A DNA stretch of 64,000 nucleotides. Origin: an uncultured Pseudomonadales bacterium. GTDB lineage: Bacteria > Patescibacteriota > Microgenomatia > UBA1400 > MFAQ01. Positions 7,674 through 18,200 of the stretch are shown here, one piece after another. Every line of letters begins with the position of its first letter. Position 1 is the stretch's first letter. Position numbers and translations under genes: made by a program. The notes beneath the pieces were generated by a model. The model was not told where the DNA came from. It saw only the letters and a list, made by a program, of their open reading frames with translations, and ran no database searches. Location of the stretch: assembly GCA_964586045.1 (NCBI GenBank), contig CAZPFY010000001.1, positions 154 to 64,153 on the forward strand, given 5' to 3'.

Positions 7674-8822
7674 ATGAAGATAAAACATTTTTTTAATTAT
7701 TGGATTAGAGATTTTGGAGTTTTTTTGAGGTTATTTTTTTTACATATCTTGGAAGTTTATTTGAGCCCTAAGTTTGATTATTTTGAGTCGATTAAATCGA
7801 CTTTGGTAGGAAAACTTTACGCGCAAAGAGGGAAAAATTCTCAGATGATTGTAAATTTGACCATGATTACGGTGATGGTTTTGAGTGTCGTTTTTGGGCC
7901 GTCGCTGGTAGTTAATGATTTGCAGGCCCAATCGGTAATGTCCTTGGGACTTGGCGCTAAATTTGCTTTTGCCCAAGAGGGAACTGGTGGAGCGGTAGAT
8001 GAGATGGCGCTGGATGGAAGTGCGCAAGTAGATCCTTTGACTCAGGTTTCGGACAAACCAAGAGCGGAAGTTTTGGAATATACAATAGAAGATGGGGATA
8101 CCTTGGCCGCCATAGCGAAAAAATTTGGAGTAGATACGGATTCGATTAAGTGGCTGAATAAAGATGTCAACGAAAAGAAAATAAAACCGGGAACTGCTTT
8201 GAAAATTCCACCAGTAACGGGAGTGGTGCACGGAGTAAAAGCGGGAGAAACAATTTATTCGATTGCCAAAAAATATAATGTCTCGGCTCAGTCGATTGTT
8301 GATTTTCCGTTTAATGAATTTAGTAACGATGAGACTTTTGCTTTAGCTATTGGCCAGCAAATAATTGTGCCAGATGGAGAGATGCCGGATGAGCCAATTA
8401 TGTCGCCAAGAGGCAATCTCGCTGGTATTCTTACACCCAATGCAGGGAATATTTCGGCGACGGGAAAATGGCTATGGCCAGCGGCTGGTTCGATTACTCA
8501 GTACTTTAAGCCGTGGCATAAGGGTTTGGATATTGCGAACCATTCTGGCGGAGCTATTTTGGCCGCTGATTCTGGAACTATAGTTGTGGCGGGCTGGCCG
8601 GATAACACGGGCTACGGAAATAGGGTCATGATAGATCACGGAAATGGCTACAAGACGCTCTATGCCCATTTGAGCAAGATAGCAGTTACGGTAGGTCAGA
8701 CTGTTAAGCGGGGAGATATGGTGGGAATGATGGGAAGCACGGGACGCTCAACAGGAACTCACCTTCACTTTGAGATCCGCACCAGTAAAGGCAACTCTGA
8801 TCCTGCGAGCGCCCTGAGGTGA
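7674..8822 (+). CDS. LysM-domain M23 family metallopeptidase (peptidoglycan endopeptidase)
   Basis: Two LysM motifs (YTIEDGDTLAAIAKKFGV, VKAGETIYSIAKKYNV). The M23 core is GLDIANHSGG...DHGNGYKTLYAHL...GSTGRSTGTHLHFEIR. The start may be the internal Met at about 7847. Confidence 0.85.
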   Translation: MKIKHFFNYWIRDFGVFLRLFFLHILEVYLSPKFDYFESIKSTLVGKLYAQRGKNSQMIVNLTMITVMVLSVVFGPSLVVNDLQAQSVMSLGLGAKFAFAQEGTGGAVDEMALDGSAQVDPLTQVSDKPRAEVLEYTIEDGDTLAAIAKKFGVDTDSIKWLNKDVNEKKIKPGTALKIPPVTGVVHGVKAGETIYSIAKKYNVSAQSIVDFPFNEFSNDETFALAIGQQIIVPDGEMPDEPIMSPRGNLAGILTPNAGNISATGKWLWPAAGSITQYFKPWHKGLDIANHSGGAILAADSGTIVVAGWPDNTGYGNRVMIDHGNGYKTLYAHLSKIAVTVGQTVKRGDMVGMMGSTGRSTGTHLHFEIRTSKGNSDPASALR

Positions 8823-8826
8823 GTAA

Positions 8827-9249
8827 CTAAATTACAGGGTTTTCGATGAGCTTTAGTTTGCGAAGAATGGGAGCAAGGAAAACCAAAATGAGAGAACCTT
8901 CGACAAAGTTGATGGTGAAGGAAAGAAAGAGAGCAAGGAGTAGGTAGTTGTAGGCCTGTTTTTTGGTAAGAGAATAATAGTGGGAGACGGAATAAAAAAC
9001 TAAGATGTAAGCGATGGTAATGAGCGGGTCGAAGTAGGTGAGACCGTTTTGGATACTAAGGTTGGCGCTAAAGGCAGAGAGAAAGCCAGAAAGAAAAACA
9101 CAGACAAGACCGAGAATTGTGGTGGTGGCGATAATTCCTAGGACTTTACCTAAGGGTTTGAGGTTGATTTTTTTGTGTTTTGATATGGGTAGTTGGGAGT
9201 TGGTGTTGGTTGAGGGAGATGTTTGAATTGGGGCTGATGGGTTGTACAT
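8827..9249 (-). CDS. hypothetical membrane protein
   Basis: 140 aa with three or four hydrophobic helices. It is convergent with the M23 gene. Confidence 0.45.
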   Translation of the reverse strand: MYNPSAPIQTSPSTNTNSQLPISKHKKINLKPLGKVLGIIATTTILGLVCVFLSGFLSAFSANLSIQNGLTYFDPLITIAYILVFYSVSHYYSLTKKQAYNYLLLALFLSFTINFVEGSLILVFLAPILRKLKLIENPVI

Positions 9250-9270
9250 AAATTTATTGTAATTGATATT

Positions 9271-12200
9271 TTATTTTGCGTTGTTAATGGCCGTTATAGC
9301 ATTTTTGATATCTTGAGGAATTTGTGAGTCTGTTTGGGGAGCGAAGGTGTCCTGGTTTTTGTTGCGAATTAACTTGGTCCCTTCTTGCCCAACCAGAGCT
9401 TTGAAACCGTCTTCGTCAACAATATAAACATACGGATTGCCGAGTGGTTTGTTGTCGCCAGTCTCCTTGACTGAGTTGGCTTCTGTAACTACGGCATACC
9501 ACTTATTATTCAAGATATATGTTTCAACAATTGCTCCGGTGTGTTTGTCGCCGTTGTTTGTAAAGTAGTCTCCTTTTTGAAAATTGGAAGGTTTAGGATT
9601 TTCGACGATATCTACATTTCTGAGAAAGTCGGGATTGGTAAGCTGGTCTGATGGATAGACGATGGCCTGGTTGCCTTTGGAAACATTGTAGTCAGGATAC
9701 AAGGGTTTTTCGCCATTTCTGCTTGAGTAAATCCCGGTGCTGTAGGCCCACATAAGACATTGGACAATTTCTCTTTCTTTTAGGCCAAAAGTTAAGCCAA
9801 TATAGTTTTGGTAATATTTTTTGTAATCGCTGCTAGAAATAATTCCTTGTAGATTTTTTTCCATGTAATTATTGAAAGCAGTTACATGTTCAGAGTCGTT
9901 ATAAAGAATGCCATCGTATTCTCTGACTATTTTGGCGATATAGGTAATTTTTTGGAGTTGGACTATGGTGGGGTCGGTAGAGTTTGGGTCGAAACTTTGT
10001 GGATTGAGTAATACGCCGTGACCTTGAAGGTCTTTATTTAGTTCCGTGTTGTTTGGGTAAATGGAGTCGGCTTCTGAGTAGTTATATCTTGGGGTGGGGG
10101 TAGTGGTGATAATTTCGGTGGGGGTAGGTGTAATTGTCGGTTGGATTGTGGGTGTGGGGGTAGTGGTGATAATTTCGGTGGGGGTAGGTGTAATTGGGGC
10201 AGCGGTGGTATAGAGCTGGCTATCCATCCAGGGGAGGAAGAAGATAAGGCTCAGGGAGCTGACGGCGGAGATGATGGTTACTCTTACTATTTCGCCCGCG
10301 GTTTTGCCGATGTTTTTTGTTTTGGTGAGTGGGATGGTGTCTGGTGCTGATATGCTTTCTACATTTTTGCTGCGGGTGATGAGGGAGTCACGATACATTC
10401 TGATTGGTTCGAGATTGTTGAGTAGAGGAGTAATGTCGTCCAACTGAGTGCTAAAGCTGTTTTTTTCGGTGCCTTCCTTTAGATACATTGCCTGTTGTTT
10501 GAATTCAAGAGGTTTATTGGTTAGGGCACCACTATCGATGACTTCGGCTCTTGTTCCATAACTGGTTATCTTGCTATCTGGGTAGTAAATTGAATCGATC
10601 CAGACTTTTTCACCCGTGGCAGTAGAAGCCATAGCCCACTCTACAGTTCTTCCTTCGAGTACTCCTTGATGAATTTCTATTTCTATCTTGCCCAAGATAG
10701 AGTCATTGATCGCGTATCTTCGAATTGGTTGTTTGGTAAAGTCAGGAATAAAGCCATCCGGATATTTAAAATTTCTAAAAGTTGCCGTGAAGTCGGTTTT
10801 GGAGTAATCCCTGTTGTAGTATGCGTCGTACTCTGGAGAATAGGTTCCTGGTCTAAAATATTCAACATTTTCGAGCCCTGGAATATCTGTATGGCCAATG
10901 ACCTCTTTGGTGTAGGTGTTTGAAGGATGGGGTATGCCATCGGCGGGAATAAAGTCGGTGACGAAGTTGCCGGTATGGGTTTTGCCTGACTTGCTGTTTG
11001 CTACCAAAGCTTCGTTAATAAGGTGATGGGGTTTTGTTTCTTGGGTGTAGTGAATATCTCTACCTTTACTAAAGGTGTTTCCAAAAGTTCCTGGGGTGAC
11101 TTTCCAGCTACCATCAGCTCCAGACTTCCAAGCGACACGAGCGACGTAAGTACCATTTGGTAGGGTGGTGTAAATGATGACCATTTCGTAGTTACTTCCT
11201 CTGGGTGTGATGGAGTTAAAAGAGTCGGAAATGTAGAATTTTTTTCCGTCTATTTCGACAAATTTGGTTGGTAAATAGGTATCGTCAGCAACAATTTTTT
11301 TGAAGTACTCTTGTGGGTGTTCGGTTTTTAGTTTGACAAACGTTTGTTTTTCGGTGCTGGTAATTGCTTTTGGTAATTCGCTTATTGGTGAGGTTGGCGT
11401 TGGTGTTGATTCTGTTGTCTCAGTCTTGACTTTTGGAGTAAGTTTTTGCCGAGAGATGATTTTTATTTGAGATTTGATATCGTCGATGATGCTCGGGACG
11501 GTGTGAACAATGTTGTAATTTTGGAGATCCGTGTAGTACATAATCATTTTTGTGTAGTTGGTATCGGTGATTGGGGTGAATTTTCCATTGGCATCGAGAT
11601 GACCAAATTCAACAAAAGCGCCTCTGGGCAGGCTTTCAAAAGCGGGTAGATAGTTTGGTCCTTCTTCTAGTGAATAAATGACTCTTGGGGTGCGTAGCTG
11701 AAGATTGTCATTGGTTGAGGTGAGGGCAATGTAAACCTGTTGACCGTTGATTTTGCTGGGAGGGATTGTGCCTTGTTTGGTACCTCCGACTCGGTATTCA
11801 TCACCTGGGTAGATAGCGACGTTTCCTGTCGGCTTGCTTAAACTGGTGGTGGTTTTGTTTGATTTGAACAATTTTCTTGGTTGGAGAGCAGAATTTATTT
11901 GGTAGGGATTTCCGTCGGGGGAGAAGTAGAGTTTGGTGTTTTTGGAGAGAATAATATAGTCACCTGCTTGGGCGCTGGCTTGTCCGCCGGCACGGATGCG
12001 TTGACCGTTGATAGAAACGGTGGAGTTGTTGTTTGCTTTTGGAATCGAGACGAGTATTGATCCATCACTTTCTTTGGTGAGGGTGATGGGGTTACGAGAA
12101 ACCTCGATATCGTGGATGGCTTGATATGGATTGTTGCTATCGTCCGCTTTGGTGTATCTTCCTATATTAAACGATTTACCATTTTCGAGAGGAATGATAG

Positions 12201-15200
12201 AAGATGTTGATTGTCTAGTTTCGGTTCTGCCAGTAAGGATTTCTCTTGCTAAAATAATAACTCCTTTGTCGTTTGTATTTGTCGTGGTAGTGGTCGCGTC
12301 TGTCGCAGGGGCTGTGCGAGAGGAGCGGAGTGGAACTGAAGGAGTGGAAAGAGAACTAGTTTTTTTTTCTGCTAGATAATTGGTAAGTTCTTCTGCGTTT
12401 GGATTGTGACCGTATTTTTCTCGAAACGCAATCATGGCTTCGAAAGTTTTATTGTTTGTTATTTGTTCTGGAGATTGATAGGTTGCAGCGTTTTTTGGAG
12501 CGCTGGTGTTGGCGAGTCGTGCTAATTCTTCTGCACTGTTTACTCTTGTGTTGGCAGCTTTTGGATCTGGGATCGATTTTTGGAGGTAGATATTGGCTTG
12601 TTCTTTGATTATTGCAGCAAGGTCGGCTTTGTCGGTGGCGCTGGTGTTGGGGTCGTTGTATTTGTCGATAAATTTCTGAAGGTAGTCTCTGGTTGGTGAG
12701 TCGGCAGGAGGAAGGACTTTGGAGGAGAGGCCGGTGATTGATTCGAGAGATGTGGGGGTGTTGTTGGTGCTATTTGGATTTTGGGTGTAGTAGTTTTCAG
12801 CAACGATTCTTTCGGCTTCTGTTCTAGATAGATTAAATTCTTTAACTAGATTATCGATAATTAAATACTCAGTTTTTTCATTACGATTGTCGAAGATGTA
12901 TTTTGTTGCTGTTTGAGTTGATGGAGATGGTTGTGTTTGGGTGCGAACATTAAGATCGCGTAGGGGAATGGCTTTGGAAATATTTTCGTTGAGGAATTCG
13001 GCGACCTGCATGCCGATACTTCTCGTTGTGTGTGCTGGTGAATTGATTGCGTCTTTTGGTACATATATTAGTCCGCCAGCTACTGCAACAAAGTCTTTGG
13101 TAGATTCACTTCCAATTTTTACTCCGCCAGACTCGCGGATTAATTCTCCTTTCCAGATTTTGGAAAGTGTTTTTAGGAACCAGTTTTGGGATTTTGTGGT
13201 AGGATTGTTTTTGTAGTTTTTGTTTCCTGGGTATCCCGGAAAGTCGTTGATATCTGCTATGAGGTTTGACTGATTGATAATTTTTTGTAGGTCGATTAGT
13301 TTTGGATTTTTCTGGTCTATCAGATTTATGACTTCAGCTACAGATTTGTTGATTATATCTATGCCGTTATCAGAAGCGATTTTGATTATAATTGTGTCTG
13401 GTTGGTTTGCAGGGATGAGCATTTCGGTGGTGGTGAGTGGTGAGATAAGATTTGATCTGTGTTTGAGTGTATAAGTGACTTCTCCCGTATCTTGGTCTAT
13501 TTTGAGAATGGTGACATTTTTATCAGTGATTCTTTTATCTGCTCCTAAAAATGTCATTAGGCTTTTTTCTCGCATGCCTCTCACTTTTTCTAAAACTTGT
13601 TGTGAAGATAAGTCAAGTCTGTCTCTGACTGATTTGTTGTCTGTGTATAATCCGGTACTGGGGTTGGTGTCGTTGGGATCGATTTGTCCTCTCTCTCTTG
13701 CCCTAACAATTGCCCTACTAGTTAGTTCGTCGACTTTGGACTCGAAAACTGTGGTGGCTAGTTCAATGACATCGGTGTTATCGAGAGGTGAATTGGCTTT
13801 AGAGATGAAGTCTCTTTGGGCAGTGTCTAGGTCTCGATGGTATCTTGCCATTTCTGATAGATAATTTTGGTCTAAACTTAGTGCACGAATTATTTTTATT
13901 TCTTCATCATTAAAATTATTTTTTAGAGTTTCAGTAAAAAAAGACTCATTTTCTGAGGCAATCCCATTTCGCTCTTCCACAATTTTTGCTATTTCAAGAT
14001 TCCTGGGGTTGTTGGTGTTAGCAATTGTATTGCCAGAATCATTTTGATTTCTGTTTAAATATCTTTTTGTGGCGAGTGAAGTTAAACCACTTATTTGTTT
14101 ATCTGTTTGTTCTTGAATTTGTGATTTCGCAGTGGCAATATCTGCTTCGCTGTACCCGTTTTTGGGGTTACTAAAGTCGGCTTCTACCTCGTTAAAGATA
14201 TTTTGGGTTTTTGTAATTTCGGAAATATAGTTTGGATCTTTTGAAAGCATCCTAACCGTTTCAATTTCGGCAGGAGTAAAACCTTCGTCTTGTAGTAGGC
14301 GATATGTATAGAGTGGTTCGCTAGTTAATTTTTGGTGATACTTTTCTGTTGCTTGGGCGATGGTGACATTTCTTTTCGTGTTTGCTGGAGATGAATCTGC
14401 TGGTGATTTAATAAATGGCGTGTCGACTATTTTGGTTGTGTCTGTTGTGATGCTGAATTTGCTATAGATGTTTTTGAGTACAGCTTCGAGTCTTGTTGGA
14501 TTGGCTGCGGCAATTTCTGCCAGCTTTTTTTCTGTTTGTGGAATTTGATTAATGGCCTCAATGGTGAGGTTTTTAACGTCAGTATCGTTTCTCGCTTGTT
14601 TTTGTAAACTTAAAATATATTCTTGATCAAAGCTAAGTTTGAGAGCAATATCTACCTCTTGGTCATTAAAGGCTAGTTTTTTTAAGTGGCTTCTAAAAGC
14701 GTCTAGATTCTCTACTGCTTCGTAGTGATATCTTTCAGCTGCCATAGAGATACCAATAATTTGGTTTTCGCTTAATTCTGTAGCTACGGGTAATTTGGAG
14801 TTTGGGGTGGAGGCGGTCTTTAGCGATTCTGGGTCGAGACTTCTGGGACTTCTGTAGGCTGTGTCATTGAAAAAAATGCCAGGTACTTGAGTGACTGGGT
14901 CTTTTCCTTTCAAGTTTGCTTCGGTTATAAAACTAAAATTGTGATTGGGTGGATTTTCGCGTTTGATCATGTCGGGAGTTAAGCCTTCGACTTTGGCTCC
15001 ACTTTCAAGCACTTTTTTTATAAAGATCGCGTCTGGTTGGTCGCCTGCGATAATCATCGTTCCTGATATATCTTTTCCTAATATTTCGCTATATCGTTTG
15101 GTTAGATAGGTTATCTTTCCTGTTGCTTTTTCTGTTGACAAAATCACGATAGTTGGATCGGACATTCGGTTGGCTGCAGCAGACAGATTGGTCATTTCAG

Positions 15201-18200
15201 CTACGCCTAGATCTTTTATGATTTCTGCGAGCTCGGTTTTTGTAGCACCAAAAGCTAGTTCCATCTTGCGAATATTTTTGGTGCTGTAAACTGGATTTTG
15301 GATTATTCCCAAGCCTCCAAACACTTTGGTCATGGGATAATTTGGATTTATTTTGTCGCCGACGCCACCGGATTCGCCACCTATTCTTCCATACCAAATA
15401 TCGGAAAGTAGTTTTAGAAATCGGTTTTGGGGTTGGGTTGTGTTTGTTGTTTGTCCGAGGGTAACGAGGCTGTTGTATGACGATTCTGGAGTTCCGGGTG
15501 ATAAAAATACGTTTTTAATTTTAACCAAAGCAATTGTTAGATTGTTATATCCCAATGGTTTGGGATTTCCAGGTTTAGTTCCGATTGGTTTTTCAAACTT
15601 CAAAGTGTATTTTTCGTATTTACTAGTTAAGTTTTCGATGGCTATCATTCGATCTTCGTCATTGGTGTATGTCTTAACATTAATTTCGTCTAATTCACCG
15701 ACGAACATTTCAGCAAGGCGATTTTTTTGAGACTTGGTTAGAGTTGGGGGAGCGGTTGGGGTGGTGGGGATTGGGGGTGTTGCGTCTGGTTTTGGCTGGA
15801 GATTCTCTTCACTTATGGCGTTTTTGGCGCCGGCAACAATTTTTTTACTTTCAGCATTTATAAAATCTATTTCATCTGAATAACGCATCTCGTCAACTGT
15901 GGCGATTCTGTTTTCTGACTCGTCGTTTGGATCACTTAAGAGCTCTTTTGCGATGCGTTCATTTGCGATTCCTCTTTCTTCTAGTGCATTTGTTAATAAT
16001 TGGTCTGATCCAGACTCTCTTATCTTTGCAGCGATTTCTAGATCGGAGTTAGAAAAGCCTCGCTCGATGAGTTTTGCTCTAAAATTTGCATCGGATAGAT
16101 CCCTGTAAGTGATAACAGCTCGGACTATGGAGGAGTCTGCGGTAGGAGACCTTGTCAGGTTTTCAAGGTTAGATGCTGTTTCTCGAAAATTTCTACTGTT
16201 ATTTGTTGTGGTGTCGATGGTTTTTGATTTTATGAGGTTGGCGAGGGTGATGTCGTCGGTAGTTTGGGTAGGAATTTTTCGATTGAAGAGAATGTCTTCA
16301 CTGATACCGAGACTGGCGAGTTTTTCGGTGAGTCCGGGGACTTGATTGTAGAGAATTGAGTCGGTGGTGTTGTCGAGTGACTTGTGGGTTGTTCCAGTGG
16401 GGGAGTTTGTTGAATTATTTGTAGCTAAATTTGTGGCTTTGGTTATAGCAAAAGAGGTGAAGTTGATGGCTTTATCGACAGCTTGGTCGAAAACAATAGC
16501 CATGATTAAATTGCTTTTGGCAGCATCATTATTTTCTTTGGTAACTGTTTGGGCAATTTCTTTACAGGCACCAGAGCCAATACCATTTTTTCTTTCGCAA
16601 CTAGTTAGTTCTATTTCAGATTGGGTGTCGATAAAACCAACAGTGCTTTTGAATTGATAGTCGGCTTGAGTGCCGCCTATTAGTGAATTGCCGAGGCTTG
16701 ATGCTAAGTTGATACCAGTAACCCCGGCTTTTTGGAGTAAAGTTGTTGGGTTTGGTAGTTTGAGATTGGCGACGTAGGAACCAGTACCAGCAGAGATGGC
16801 GCCCATGACAGGGGCGATGGCGAGGTTGATGACGGCTTGACGCTGGTTTTCTTTTTGAAGAGCATCAAATTGTTCGTTGATGAGAGTTTGCATGGAAGCT
16901 TGGGCTGTTATTTCTGAGTTGTTTACGACGGCATTGAGATCGGCATTGTACTGTTGGTAGGTATTGGTAATCGCTTGATAATTTGCAAATTGATTATCTT
17001 TGGTGGTACAAGAAGCACCGATTTTGACACCTTCAGCGGTGTCGCAAGCGGCACCTTGGTTGCTATAGATAGCTTGAATGAGGGTGGCGGCTTTGTCGTT
17101 TCCGACAACTTTGGCAATGCCTTGTCTTTCAGCTTCTATTTCTTGGGCAGTGGCTGTCCCAAGAACTGGAACCAAGTTGGAAATTGCAGCAGCTGTTCCG
17201 CCGATGGCGCCACATGCAAGTGCGCCTGGTCCAAGCTCGGCACAAAGGGCTGTGGCAAGGATCGCGGTGCCAACAGCACCGACAACCCCTGTACCCCTGG
17301 TGTAGGTTTCGGTAACGTAGTAGCGATCTAGCATTTCGTTGGCTAAATTGGTTTTTTGTTGTTCAGTAAGCGGTTTGTTTGCTTCGAGCTGATTTCTGAC
17401 TGAAGCGGGAACGCTGATAGAAGTTCCGGACATATTACCAAAACCATATTTCGGATCAAAAAACTGAAGGCGATCATGAGCTTCGGCAGAGTTAACTGCT
17501 TTTTTTCGAGCTTCATCAGACACCGCAGCGTTATCGATGGTGGCAATGTTGCTTTGGAAAGCATCGGGGAGGGCGTCTTTTTGGATTTGATCGTTAAAAA
17601 CTTCGGCTAGATAGGTGTCTGAATTTTGACTAACGATTTTTGTTAACTCTGTTAGAGCATTTTTTCTGGCCTTAATATAATCATTGCTTGACGCGCCACC
17701 ACCGACGGTACTTAAAGCTTTTTGGCAGAGACTGTCGAGACCTTTGTTGATTTCACAAGCTTTTTTGATTGCTAGATTTTGATATTTTGTATCGGCGTTT
17801 TCCCATTTTACTGGTTTTCCGTTGTCGCTAAGACCTTTGATGGTTTGCTCTTGGGTTAGCTTGTTGGACAGAGAAAGAATAATAGGATTCATATCTTGAC
17901 CAACTTTGTAAGCCGAAGCTTTTTGGATATCGGCAAAGGCTTTGGGATTTTTGTTGTACTTGTCGGAATAGGTTTGATAAACAGTAAAATCTTTGGAAAT
18001 ATCTTCTCGGAATTTGAGAGCATACGCGTCTCTTTGTTCGATGGATTGTTTTGAGAGGAGACAGGTGGCATCACAATTTGGCATTTTGTCTTTTAGATAG
18101 GCCCAGGTGGCTTGAGTTATAGCTTGGTCCAAAAGCACGACTTCGTTTTTGACATTGTTATTGATGCCACTGACTTGTTTGCCTTCTTTAAAATTGGGAA

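Noticed and set aside
10090-10195. Tandem repeats (60-bp period here, the 17-bp repeat at 51640, the AAAACTC tracts) considered as CRISPR arrays
   Set aside because: The repeats are too short or too few, have no unique spacers of 25-40 bp, sit inside ORFs, and there are no cas genes. They are not CRISPR.
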